A stretch of DNA of 64,000 nt, from NCBI RefSeq assembly GCF_031769215.1, contig NW_026783003.1, positions 62,001-126,000 on the forward strand, read 5' to 3'. This DNA is from Ylistrum balloti (Eukaryota). Of this stretch, positions 12,801 to 27,800 are shown in pieces. A program made the translations under genes and the position numbers. How positions within the stretch are numbered: the stretch's first letter is position 1; each line of letters begins with the position of its first letter. The notes under the pieces are model-generated. The model did not search any database. It was not told the origin of the DNA and saw only the letters and a program-made list of their open reading frames with translations.

Positions 12801-15800
12801 TGCTGGAGGTCTATCAGTGTAATGTTACTTATATAGAATTGAGGATGGAAGCCCTGCTGGAGGTCTATCAGTGTATTGTTACTTATATAGAATTGAGGAC
12901 GGAAGCCCTGCTGGAGGTCTGTCAGTGTAATGTTACTTATATTGAATTGAGGACGGAAGCCCTGCAGGAGATCTGTCAATGTAACATACTGTGTTTACTG
13001 CCCACATATGTATGAAAAGAGCATTGGAGGCCTTGCTGAGGTCCTGTGTGTCTATCTTGGCACTCTGTATGTGGCCTTCCTCCTGCACCTCACTTATGTT
13101 GCTGTGTGGCACCGATACAGGTATTCCTGTCACCTGTAAGGGGAAGAAAATATTAACATTAGCTAAAGCAGTATTACACTGTCACATCATCAATTTCTGA
13201 CAAATACATACTGATACATTTTTATTATCATATATGTTCATAGATTTATATTTCTGACAAATTGAGCCACCTTGGTAACTATAATCATTAATGTGTTGAC
13301 AACACGACATCTTTATTTGTATATTCAGGTGTAAGCTTCTAACCACTAACCCCTAGATCATAAGTTTGAGAAAAGCTGGCAGCAGGTAATGTCTGTTGGA
13401 TTACTTGTTTTCACACTGATGCTGAGTTTGTTTTCACTTTACAGGTTTTCCTCAAATAGTGCAGTAAAAGCTCTTCAGAGCTAGATACGCTCCTATGTTG
13501 AAGTTTATAACAAAAAAAAAACATATTTTTTCCTACTGACTTTGCTTGTTACCTTATTGAGATCACTAGCCATGTAGGTCTTGCCGACATTGACCAGGTA
13601 ATGCGACACTTCAGAGTGGAGATCAGCAAATCCAATCCAGGAAAGGTAAAGGGCACGACTGGTCCACGTCATAGAGTTAGGTACTTCCCGGTTTATATCC
13701 GAGGCATGATTTGTTTTGATGGAAAACATTCCTAAAACAAAATTTAAATATGAGGCTACTACTTGATGCACTAGTCCATTCACTTCAACGAGACACTTAA
13801 TTATTCCAAAAGCTGGTTCTATCCTTAGACTGTGACCTCTACATTTTATACCAATAAGCTATTCTCAAAAAAATGTAAAAAAGTTGACCAAAAAATTGAT
13901 TTTCTTTTTGTGATTTTTTTTTGTGAAACTTATACAAGAAAAATTATTTATATTAAAATATATTAGAATTATGAACTGCACACATTCCCCTCCAATTTTT
14001 TATCTAGGTAATGAGCTCAACCTAAACAAAATCTAAAAACCTTAACTTTTTAAAAAAGCCGGTCAAGGTCATCAGAATGAGAACATTCCTATATGACTAA
14101 AGCCAGTAACAATGTCTGTAAATACCTCTGGAGGGAGGAGAAGAGTCAACAAAGATGGCATCCGATTCTGTCTGGGAACATATTCCCGCCCCGTTACAGG
14201 CAATCAGGTTCACATAATAGTTGACCCCATCATGCAGATCAAGACCTGTGAAGGTGTAGTCTCGTACGATTCCATTGACCTTTAAAAAACAAGCTGATTT
14301 ATACCAAATGCCCAATATCTTCATGTCATCAGTATATTTTTTGTTCTAAAGACATAAAGAAAAGAAACAAATAACAGTAGATCTCTGGACAGTAGGTCAA
14401 TTAAAAATCATATCAACAACTGGAAATATTGATGTTTGTAATCTTTGTAGGATAATTTTGACTTTCCCTTAGAGATAATGGCTCTTTATATACAGGTACT
14501 TTCTTTCTCTATATGCCTTTATAGACAGGTGCTTACCTTTGTAGGAGAAAGCTGGAATTCTCCATTTTTATGGCCCTTTACAGACAAGTATTTACTTTTG
14601 AAGGAGAGAGCTTGAATTCTCCCTTTTTTTGTTGGTCTTTATAGGCAGGTACTAGCATTTGTAGGCAAGACCTGGAATTCTCTGTTTCTGTGGGTCTTTA
14701 TAGACAGGTACTTATCTTTATTGAGGGGAGGCAGAATTCTATGTTTCTGTACTAGCCTACAGTGGCAGTGTTATCCACTTTATTTACCTTTGTAGAGGAC
14801 AGCTGGAATTCTCCATTTCTGTGGGCCTTTATAGACAAGTGTTGTCTCTCGATAAGAGATTCAGCATCCTCTGCAGTCCATGTCACCTTAAATGAATCTC
14901 TCAGAAAAAGTTTCCCTGATATGAGCACACCAAGATCTTCAGACAGCGCAGGTTTGGTGATTACTGGGGCAGTATTATCTACTGTAAACCCATTTGAAAC
15001 CGTATCCACATATAAACCTAAAACAAATAAAAACTACATTAGTCCAAAAGACAGTCGGAGATATATTTGAATTGGCCTACAGACAGTCTGTGATGTATAT
15101 GTATTTGGACTGGCCTACAGACAGTCTGTGATGTATATGTATTTGGACTTGCCTACAGACAGTCTGTGATGTATATATATTTGGACTGGCCTACAGACAG
15201 TCTGTGGTGTATATGTATTTGGACTGGCCTACAGACAGCCTGTGGTGTTTATGTATTCGGACTGGCCTACAGACAGCCTGTGGTGTATATGTATTTGGAC
15301 TGGCCTACAGACAGCCTGTGATGTATATGTATTTGGACTGGCCTACAGACAGCCTGTGATGTATATGTATTTGGACTGGCCAATAGACAGCCTGTAATGT
15401 ATATGTATTTGGACTGGCCTACAGACAGCCTGTGGTGTTTATGTATTCGGACTGGCCTACAGACAGCCTGTGGTGTATATGTATTTGGACTGGCCTACAG
15501 ACAGTCTGTGATGTATATGTATTTGGACAGGCCTACAGACAGTCTGTGGTGTATATATATTTGGACTGGCATACAGACAGTCTGTGATATATATTTTTTG
15601 ACAGGCCTACAGACAGCCTGTGGTGTATATGTATTTGGACTGGCCAATAGACAGCCTGTAATGTATATGTATTTGGACTGGCCTACAGACAGTCTGTGGT
15701 GTATATATATTTGGACAGGCCTACAGGCAGTCTGTGATGTATATGTATTTGGACTGGCCAATAGACAGCTTGTGATGTATATGTATTTGAACTGGCCTAC

Positions 15801-18800
15801 AGACAGTCTGTGGTGTATATATACTTGGACTGGCATACAGACAGTCTGTGGTGTATATGTATTTTGACTGGCCTACAGACAGTCCGTGGTGTATATATAT
15901 TTGGACAGGGCTACAGACAGTCTGTGATGTATATGTATTTGGACTGGCCTACAGACAGTCTGTGGTGTATATATACTTGGACTGGCATACAGACAGTCTG
16001 TGGTGTATATGTATTTGGACTGGCCTACAGACAGTCCGTGGTGTATATATATTTGGACAGGGCTACAGACAGTCTGTGATGTATATGTATTTGGACTGGC
16101 CTACAGACAGTCTGTGGTGTATATATACTTGGACTGGCATACAGACAGTCTGTGGTGTATATGTATTTTGACTGGCCTATAGACAGCCTGTAATGTATAT
16201 GTATTTGGACTGGCCTACAGACAGCCTGTGGTGTTTATGTATTCGGACTGGCCTACAGACAGACTGTGGTGTATATGTATTTGGTCTGGCCTACAGACAG
16301 TCTGTGGTGTATATGTATTTGGACTGGCCTACAGACAGTCTGTGGTGTATATATATTTGGACAGGCCTACAGGCAGTCTGTGATGTATATGTATTTGGAC
16401 TGGACAATAGACAGCCTGTAATGTATATGTATTTGGACTGGCCTACAGACAGTCTGTGGTGTATATGTATTTGGACTGGCCTACAGACAGTCCGTAGTGT
16501 ATATATATTTGGACAGGGCTACAGACAGTCTGTGATGTATATATATTTGGACAGGGCTACAGACAGTCTGTGATGTATATGTATTTGGACTGGCCTACAG
16601 ACAGTCTGTGGTGTATATATATTTGGACTGGCCTAGACAGTCTGTGATGTATATGTATATTGACTGGCCTACAGACAGTCTGTGATGTATATGTATTTGG
16701 ACTGGTCTGCTGACAGTCTGTGGTGTATATATATTTGGACTGGCCTACAGACAGTCTGTGATGTATTAGGACTTGCCTACAGACAGCCTGTGATGTATAT
16801 GTATTTGAACTGGCCTACAGACAGTCTGTGGTGTAGTAGAAATGGTCTTACGAACCTGCTTTGTTGTAAGCCCTCACAGTAATGTAGATGGACTGGCCGA
16901 TAGGTAAGCTTGAAATAGCTGGATTGGTAGCAACCTCTGACAGGTGTAGAATTTCCTTAGCCAAAACATCATCGGTACCCCTATCTGTTCCTGCCCACCA
17001 TTCATAGTGGTCAAGTCCTGACTGCGGATCGGAAAACCCATACCACTTGGCTCCTATGTATGTCCTACAAATAGGATATAGTCTTGTGTCAGGACTCAAA
17101 ACAAATCGGCCTCATTGTTCACTTTAAAAAATTTGCATGAGTCACTCAAACAATTTGAAATAGTAATGTTCAAGACCTTTGACATGAAATCTAACTGATT
17201 CAAAAGGAATCAATGTAAACCAACTTGGTTTAGCAAATCATTCAATCAGGTAGTCATTTTCAAGTCACATAGGTGGAAATATATCTAAACTTCATACAAT
17301 ATTGACCTCTTCTATTGTAGAAACAGCAACTTAGACATTTATAGAACTTGTTTAAGCCCCATATCACACTTTTATGTTCAATAATATCATGAAGTAAATT
17401 AGCAGGAATATTTCACTTTCAAGAATAATTTTTAGGAAATTTGTAAGTAAAGAAGATATTTAGTGACTGACTGTGTTGCCTGGTAATGGATGTCTGAGGT
17501 TAAAGTCCCATCCTGAACCGCTCCAGCAGTTGGTGGACTATTGTCCAAAATGAGTCCATCAGAAGTAGCAGAGGAACACAGGTTGGCTGTATTACACGCT
17601 GTCACTGTTGTGTAGTAGGTCAAACCCACGCCAAGATGTTTCATTGACAACACAAACTCTGTGAAAAGGGATAACAATTTCCAGAATAAAAATCCTACAA
17701 CATACCCAGGAAAAAGCTCATGTTGGTTTGATAAAGGTAAGATTCCTAATTAGTATGATCATCGGTCTAACACAGGTAGGATCCCTAGGTAGTATGATCA
17801 CTGGAGAATGATACCATTAGGTATGCAGGGAGTCAATCAATAGTGATAATAAAATATTGTAGGTAGGAGTGTTTTCAACATTATCTAGCTTCACAATTAA
17901 AGTAGGGGAAACTCTTGTATCACATGCACACAGGTTTCACCAGTCATGACCCTAGCTGTGACTGGTGAAACTCGTCAGTATGATAGCTTGTGAAGTTGGT
18001 TAATAGTGAAAACACTCCTACCCAAGATGTTTCAACAATATGTAACTGTCAAATCTAAGATGGCCACCTGTGAGTCATTGTCTTTTTCCAATCAGGAATT
18101 TATTGAATTTCTATTGAAGCCTTCTACACAGATAGTGATAACAAGAATTCTTTAAAGATGGGAGAAAGGACAGAGAGACGAAGAGTGATTTGAATGAAAT
18201 AAAAATAAATTAAGGGTGATTAAAAAAAAATTACCTAATTTTAAGATTTTCACTTTGTGAAAAGCCAAGTAAATCTGAACATCAAAATGATGTTTATAGA
18301 CAACATGTTAATGTTTCATTGTCAGAATCCCTAGCTTTCAATACCTACCACTGGTGATACCAACGGCCTGTGTTTCCAGTACTTCCTGACAGCCGCGACA
18401 AGTACCGATGCTGACAGAAAACTCGCGAATGTTGGAATGTGCATCATGAAAACCTTCCCAGTATGCAGCAATGTAAGTTCTGTCTGTCTGAAAGTCTCTG
18501 TCCTTTTGATTGATGAGGTGGTCCTCAGGTTTGCCATCATACACGTGGCCTATGACAGGGGGAGTGAGGTCTACAGTTACAGCCCAGGACGAGGCAAGAG
18601 AGTAAAGTCCAGCTCCATTATACGCCTGGAAATGAAACACATCCATTGAGCCAGGGTATAATAATATAACAGAGGTCTTGATTAATTTCAATACCCCCAC
18701 TATTGAACCTTGGACCTCTGGCTTACTAATCTTACACTGGACTGATTAAGCTACAGTGGTTTTCTTTCTAATCAAGCTGTATATTACAGCTAGTATTTAC

Positions 18801-21800
18801 CAGGGTTATACATACTACCTCTACAGGAAGGAGTTTGTCCTTGAGTTTCTAGGGGTTACAAGGATGCCTGTGGGACAATGTTGATTCCTGAATCCCTATA
18901 CTTCAATCTCAAAAGAAGTAATATGTTGTGTGCAAGTTTTTAAGTATCAATTTTAGTAGATAGACCTTTACAATGCAATGGGTAGGATTCATCCTATTAC
19001 ATATAAAGTGTAGAGTGGAAATAATCAATAAAGGAATAAATGGTTATATCAAGAAAATGCTGCATAAGGTCCAAAGCAACAAAGTATGGAGTGTCAAATT
19101 TATCTCACTGGATTATCTCCCTTACACAGGGAAAGGGATTCATTCAGTTGTGTGGGTGTATGAAATTGTAAAGCTGTTTCTGAAGGTTTTCAAACAATTA
19201 ACTTTTTTTCCTTTATTTTTCAGTTAATTAGCAGTCATATGCTTATCCACAAAGCATTTCAATGCCATGAGAGAACACAATAATGTGACATTTTAGGCAT
19301 GACTTCTGCAGGGTGTCTTACTTACCTTGATTGTTATGTAGTATGCATGTCCTTCGTGAATGTCAAGGACAATATTACCATCCTGAACAGCACAGACAAC
19401 ATCTCCCACATCTGTATAAGACAGAATGTCGTCGTAGCCTGGCTCAGAACCTACAGCCCACATGTACCTCTGTATTCCACTTTCCAGGTCACTAAATACT
19501 TCCTTCCAGCTGTCAACAAACATTATCAATTTGCAAGCACCTTCTGTCAAACAGGTAAACATAATATAGTGACATGTCATACAGGTAGACATGATAGAGC
19601 GACATGTCATACAGGTAGACATGATAGAGCGACATGTCATACAGGTAGACATGATATAGCCACATGTCATACAGGTAGACATCAGACAACTGGTAAGTGC
19701 AATAGAGGTAATCACTATACAGGTACACGGCACAGGTCAATATCATACAGGTACACATCAGACAGGTAAATGACATACAGGTAAGGTCAATATCATACAA
19801 GTAAACATCACACAGAAAATAATCATTATGTAAAGTAGATGTACATCTTATGTTGAAGAGTCAATATGTTACCCACCAGGCCCCTACTCCTGTACGTGAA
19901 TTAAAGTGTCGATCAATCTTGATTGATTTGTCACTTTTAATGGGTGGAGTCACATCTATGATAACAGCATGACTCATCTGTGTGGTACTCCTCCCAGCAA
20001 AGTCCTTAGCTATAAAAACGCAGAGAATAATTGTTTAACCATCTTCATTGATTTACCAATGATACCTAGAAAACTTTATCATTATTTGTAAAATTAACTG
20101 ATAAAATAAAAGATAAAATGTTAAATGTTTGAAAAATGATTTCTCAGAAATAGTGTTCTATTTAATCACTCTTCATGGACTATTTTGTACACCTGTAGAA
20201 GTAAATAACAAGACAACAGGTAAGAGTGTTCCCAACATTAACCTGCTTCACAAAATAAGTAGGTCATATACTTTAATTACTTGCTATCCTAAAATAGGCA
20301 ACCTAAAACATATGTCCTTGAGTGTTTACCACAACATAATGAAATAGCAGTTGTAGGTGAACAATTCTAAAGACAACAATATCAAAATGTATATGGATAG
20401 ACTTATTCTGTCTTTTGTAATACAGAGTTATCTGCTCTGGTCAGCAAGTACTGATTATATATATATACAACAATTTTTGTGAGAGAATAATGTCATATTT
20501 GTGAGAAAATGATGCAAATTTCTCCCGCAAACAATGAATACCTGCTCACAAGGGTAGATAACTCTGCATCAGAAAAAGATGGAATCATTATGCTGAAGAT
20601 TCAAATGTTATCTCACCATAATGTTACTCTAAAAAATACTTACCTGTTACAGTAGCATAGTAGGTGTGGCCATTCTGGAGCTGCAGACCATGAAATGCAA
20701 CATGGTTACCTGCCCCTACATCAGTAAAGTCCACCATATCATTACCACCTGCCGTTGTTCCTGAAAAATAACATGTTATCAGTGACCCATAGTTGTTTTT
20801 TTCCTCTACATGAACTTTACCAGTTCTGTCATTCCTAGCCAGTCACTAATTTTCTGATAGTCGAGCATAAGATATCATCATATTACCTTTATGGTGCTAC
20901 AAAAGGTAGATATTGACTTGTGATAAGAATATACAATCAACCTTTAATTGTAATACATTTATAAAGACCTAATGTATCTAATACCTATGCTGACATTGTA
21001 GGCCTGGATGCCTGTGGAATGTGAGGTGGTGCTGAACTCCTCCACGTCTACAAATGTTTCCCAGTTCACATAAATATCTGTGAGGATGGTCTGCAAGTAA
21101 CAGATAAAGTAAGGAATTGATTCTAAAACTGAAAACTATTTGAAACAAACAATAAAATAACTCTTGATTTTGTACTTTACTCAGTAAATTCAAATACTGG
21201 AAGTATAAATGTATTTGGCAATGCTAACTTTAGGACCATGACAAGAAACTTTGAATTTGTTCTTGATTCAATGTTTGCTTAAAGATAGTATCACTCTTAA
21301 TGATTCTGGAGAGTCAGACTGATCAAACCAGAAAACAAAGACTACACAGGGTATTGACAAGTATTCATAAAATATTGACTCCAAGATGTAATCATGTTTT
21401 TTCTTTACAAGAATCTGAAGTTGTAAAATAAACTGCAGGATAGTTACTTGGTACAAACTGCCTGGAACATGTCCTATCCACACGTTACCAGGAATGGGTG
21501 GAGTCAAGTCCACAACTACACCATCACTGCACATGCTCACAGCCTCCAATGTTTGGGTCCATGTTTCCTGTTGTATGACAGTACTGCCTGCATGTAGACA
21601 CACGATGTAGCGAGCACCGTGCTGTAGCTCTCCATCACTAAACTCTGTGTTCATATACTCCTTATCTAAAATGTTAACGTATTTCACATTACTTGAGTTC
21701 CTCCAAGACCTTATATTTCTTAAGAGTACCATTTTCTGCTATTGTCTGGTACAACATACTAAATAACTGGCTCATGAGTAGTTGAAATGTATTGTAAATT

Positions 21801-24800
21801 GCTTAAATTTTGCAAATACTATATATTGCAAACTTACCTGTTCAGACATTTTCACGAATTTCGTAAAATGCTGATCTAGAAATGACTTAAATTTGCGAAT
21901 GATAAGCTATTAGATACCAGGACGTATACCAGAATAATCAGAAAGGATTTGAATCCATGATTATCTTTCCTTGTTTAGTAGTGTGAACATAAATCCTACA
22001 CAAAATATAAGTGATTTACAGTAGTTACACAAGAAAATGAGATGAAGTATACTTCAAGTGCATTTGGATGGAAAATCTGCAGTTTAAATGCAGCGAATTA
22101 TCAGTTGTCTTCTGATTGGTCAATAAACGATCAATACATTTTTACACAGCACCAAACTTCATCAAACTGATACAAGCAAATATCTCTTCTACAATGTCAT
22201 TGGATTTCTGTGATGTGCGATATAATAATTCCTTTAGTCAATGGTAATTACTTAATATAAACTGAGAAAGGCTACAAAGATTTACCTGTGTTGCCACATT
22301 TGATACTCTCGGGATGTGAACACGGGTCAGGGAGAGACAAGAGATTGGTAGGGTGATAGTATGATGTCACATCCATTGCCACACCTCTCAGCACTGCATA
22401 GGTGTAGTTACGATGTCGAAGGTCAGGCCACACAGCGGAGATTATGTTAGAGTAAGGAGTGTAGTCCACATCGCTATGTTTCCATAAAGCATTCTGTTGG
22501 AGGAAGATTTCTTTGCCATAGCCATTCTTCAAGGCACCAGCTACAAGTAACAGTGATTTTATACTTGAATCCATCCTTTTGAGAAGGATCATATTCAGGT
22601 CAATGTTGTCAATCAATTATAAAGTAGGAATTCTAACTTTATATTATGTTATTAGGTAGGTAGTCTATCACCATTAATTTCAGCAGCATAATCATAGCTA
22701 AGAGTTCGTCTTCTTAATTGTCCATCATCCATAACAGTTAACTGATCCACTTCTAACCAAAATCTTATAGCATTAAATGAAGAGGTTAATTCGCTGTTTT
22801 CATTGTGTTTAACTTATTATAAGGAGGTCTAGTGAAGACTGTTGGGTATCCTCACAGATTTCTACCACAATCTATTTCTGAGCGACAAACATCATGATGT
22901 TGGTTTCTCAACTTTCAAAATGTTCCCCTTTTCCTAAGTTTAGAGCTTGCTTCACTAATTTCAAATCCATTCCGTTGTGTTTTGTCTTCTTATAAATATG
23001 ACTATGTAGAAACAATTCATAACAAGGCACCATGCGTCGTACTTACTCTCATCATACTGCTGCTCCCCCACAGCATCTATAATGGTATTAGGTTGGATGA
23101 GTATCGGATCAAATGCAGCACAATCCAGGATCTCTCTTGACACCACTGTCCATAGCTTTGCTTTGTTGTAACCACGCACAGAGAAACGTTTACATCGTGA
23201 AAAGTCCATCTCACCAGTCAAACTCAGTTCAAAGGTCAACTGCAACATACAATTGCAATAATGTTATGCATTTACTGCAAGCTTTGAAAATGTATGATAA
23301 CCATAATGATCCAGGGACACGGATGAGTTATAAATTTTTTAGTTCCTCTCAAATTTATCATCAACTTTTGTTTACTTCATCTTCATTCTGGAGTTGAATA
23401 AGGTGTCATTAGTTGTGTTTCAAATCTGTCTATATTTCTTATGCATCCTGTAATATTTCAATAATTCAATATTTTTCAAAACGTTTAAACAATAAATATG
23501 GATTTACCTTTGATTTGAAGGATAATTCAGGTATATTAGGTTTGAAGGTTATTTATATATTAATAGAAGTGAAATCCAGAGTCCTACCTTGCTTGCAGTG
23601 ACGGAGAATGTGCTTAGATCTGTCCATTGTGTGAAGATCTTTCCACTGACAGAATTATCAGTGATTGCCCATTCATACTTCTCAATGGCATCGTACTTGG
23701 CGGTAACATCAGCAATGTCAGGATCATAAAAACGGTCCATTTGTACAACAAGCTGAAATAGCAAAAACAGAGTCCAGCATTTCTTGGGCAGACATAATTT
23801 AATATACAGTCAAACTTCATTAACTCAAGGTTGTCGGGGTCCTGAAAAAAACTTTGAGTTTTCTGAGTTTACAAGTTAAACGAGTTTCAATGTTTGCTAT
23901 AGATTTTGTATAATACACACTACAGACTGACGCCACCAACAAAATGCTTCGAATCAAGATGAGCATTCAAGTTTCCCTATTCCAATTAATAAAGCCCAAC
24001 TATACTGTTTCATCTTTTATCACAAACATTTAACAGATATGTTTATATCATCAGTTTTCAATACATATTTTTCTGAGTTTCGGTGAAAATATTTAAGTTT
24101 TATATTAAAGATTTCATTTCCATGGGTTTTATTCACCATCTAGCATACAATTTGTGTATTGTATACTATTAAAGTAATGCTATGTAATTAGAAACATGAC
24201 CATTCGTTAGCATAATGTTGCCTATGCAATGGCTATTCATGATTATGTCACCTACAGAACTGTATACCTTTCCAAAGGTTTTCCATTGTCTTATAATGTT
24301 AAGAACACCAACATACATCTATCAAGGACAATAAGAGCCAATCCCATATTCATTCTTTATTCCAAATGCTTCAAACTGTAATGACGTCACCAATACCATA
24401 ACTGTGTTAAAACCAACCTTCTCCACCCCTCCACCATCTGTAAGATTGAGATGAGTGACCATCAAGCTTCCAGTGATGGGTGGGTTAGAAAGAACCAAGA
24501 CACCATCAGTATATATAGGAGCATAACAGGTCAGGCCAGCACACAATTTCAGAGCAACCCGATACGATCGTCCTGGCAGAAGGATGAGGTCATTTGCCTC
24601 CACTTCATATGATGTTGACAAATGCTCAAAATCACGCACCACAGTCCAAATACCTGTTGAAGTGACATTTTTCTGTAAAGTTTCAATTTTTGTTAAATCC
24701 TGCAGCATGATTATCAATAAAGAAAATACAACATTTTGTACTACTGCATGTTTCAGCATAGCACAATACATAATCATTCAGTACTATTGAAGGAAGGATT

Positions 24801-27800
24801 GTCAGCTCTTTTTCTACACTCTTCTTCCTTATAAATTTTAAACAAAGAAATATTAAGATCCTTTTTCAATTTTGTTAAGTTACACAAATTCAAACATCTA
24901 GAGTATATCAGTCGAGTTACCTCCCCCTGCTGCATCTTCCTCTTCAATTGCCCAGTGGGCATCTGGAGTGTAGTAACGTATGGCAGGTGGAATGGTCCAG
25001 TAGGCCTGCATCATGTTGAGTGTCATTTGGAAATCCCTCTCTTCATCACAACGCACACGATTATCCTAATAAACATGAATCAGCTTATCAAATAGATACA
25101 TTTATGAGACTCCAAGAATAAGTTCCTCAATGTATTAAAACGTTAAGAATCCATGAACTTATGCAAGCCACAATCATTACACAACAATAGAAGTTAAGGT
25201 ATCCATCAGTATTCATTAGCACTTTCAGAACTAGACCAACTTACCTGTTCATGGTGGTGGAACAGTGTGCCATCATCCACTGTAAGACACAAACAAAAAT
25301 CTGGCATCAGCTTTTCATGGACACTTTGATAAAAGAACACCTCTCTCGCATCAAAATTGACCTAGACTGCTATATCATTCTAAACTTGAAGACTTTATTT
25401 ATGAGACTCCAAGAATAAATGTTGACTTAAATCAATTCCTTTATTTTGGAGTTGGGGTTGGAGGGTTGGGGGAGAAAAAATATAAAAAATATCACAAAAT
25501 ACCACGAAACAGTGTTGTTGTGGACAGGGCTATGGGGGGTTTCAATTTTGTGAAACTGATCACTGTAAATTAAATTATAAACAAACAGAAGACTAACCAG
25601 TAAAGTTACATGGTTTGCCATCATACACTTCAACCCCTGTTAGAGTTGCTCCCTCCTGGATAACTGTGACACCGTCAGACGTTACACTGACACTGCCGAC
25701 TGACGTCACAGCCTCGACTGTAAAGTAGTATGTCTGAAATACAAACCAGTGCCACATCAGTAACAGGTACAAGGCTTAAAATATCAATTAAAGTTACATT
25801 AACTGAAGTACATATTGGAATCGTGGAACATTCACAAAATTGTGACTGGCGTTGAATCAAACTGACAGAAAATGACTTAAAAAAATTGAGATTTGTTAAT
25901 TAACTTGAGTTAATTCAGTGAAGGCAAAATAAAGAAAAAAGGAAATAATAAAAAAAATTTAAATATGCAGACTAAGTTAAAAAAACCCAATTAAAAAAAA
26001 AAAAGTTCTCCTGGTATCAGAATGTGTCTCACCTGCCAATGGACAAGACTAAGTCCAGTTTTCTCAAAGGTGTTGTTGGAGGCCACAATGGCTGGGCCAT
26101 AGACCTCAGAGCCTCCTGACGTGGTACCTATAGCGATACGGTAGGTAATATCCAGATGAGGGTGATTAAAATTCATCCATCTCACCTGAAGTCTGGACTG
26201 GTCAGTTTGAAAGTCTGAATCCTCAATATCCTATGACAAACAAGGACCATCAGTATCGTTACTTTAAACAACCCTAAACATGAAATTATAAAAAATTATA
26301 AAAAAATAAAAACATGATATAGTCAGGATTTTGTTGACATTAATGTTTTTTTTTTAATCATTTTTTTTTCATTGTTCAATCTTAATGTCTTGTGCTTTTT
26401 CATGGCGGAAATGACTGTAATCGTCCAACTCTAACAGAAAATGAAATTCAATCTAATGATGCAACATTATCATATCTTGTTGTATATTATCAATACTAAT
26501 TATTTATGTCAAACTTACTGTGTAGGGTACTGCATTCTTATCACTCTGCAACAAAATTTAACGTTTCATCATTTTTTTTTTCATTTAAATTTGTTTTGCA
26601 ACTGAAGGAAACAAGAAATTGTCTGCAAGACATGAAAGCCACCAAATGCCCATGTATGCAAGTATCACTGAGTGAGGAATTTGCAGTAGTCAAAAGTTGT
26701 TAAAATGTGACCTTTGACCCATAACTTAACTTAACCTTATCATTTACAACTTGATGTTATGATACTATTGAGTAAAGAAAAAGTAAATATGAACTATATA
26801 TATATCTGGAGGTTAAGATACTGGACATTGATTTGGAGTGGGGCAAAACAATTGTACATAGATACATCATAACACTGTATATGAAGGTTGCGATTAAAGT
26901 ACAGGCAAATTTTCGGCGAAATAAACAAACATGTTACTCTCTATAAAATATGTCATAAGACCAAACTTCAAACCCGAAATATGGCAACACAGAATACCAA
27001 ATATACCCCTGCCTGACAGGGAGCAAACTTTAGAGTTCTATCAAGGAGTGTTAAGGGAAACATCTCCAGAACACTTTGTTTTTAAATCAGGTATTTTTTT
27101 TATGCAAACTGTAACTATTGACAACTTACCCCCACTGGTACATCTAGTACCACACCCTTGGCAGCCAACTGTACATCATGGAAATATGCATTCGATGTTG
27201 CTGCTACAAAAAGACCAACAGAGTTCTCTGCCCTGACAGTGACATAGTAAGCATGGTGACCATGTAAATCCCAGTCCAAAGCAGCCACCAGGGCAGCTGT
27301 ACAATCAGGCACAGCACTTAAAGTACAGGTGGCGCCACCTGACAACGGTTTGTACTGCTGGACATCCACTCCATACTCGCTGTGTCCTGAGAAGAAAACC
27401 AGAAGTGTATGAAAAATTATACACTATAGGTTTCGACAGGCAGAGCCTAGTAAAGAGATTTTGTTAACAATGCTTGAAAAAAATTAAATTCCAAGGTTTA
27501 AAAATCAAATGACATTATAGTCTTGGTGATTTTGAAATCTGAAGGGCTGATACGTTAAATGTGTTAATTTTCTTATGCACTAGAAATATAAAATATTGGG
27601 AAAAAATATTACATAAAATATTATTACCGAAAGTTCATATATCAAATTACTCTCACCAATGGCAAAGCTGTAAAAAAGCTCATAATACTCTTCTGTATCT
27701 ACAAAATCTGTGGAAGTCCAGGTAGCTACCAAATGGTCACCAACTAAGGTTGCAGTCACTGCTCCACTGAAGGTTGGGGCAGTGGTATCCAACAGGAATG

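Noticed and set aside
15397-16882. Cluster of Y/W/C-rich ORFs
   Set aside because: Translations of the 38-bp minisatellite in shifting frames.
24654-24699. Upstream acceptor for exon 24 at 24699
   Set aside because: Phase 0, incompatible with the phase-1 end of exon 23; the acceptor at 24653 fits.
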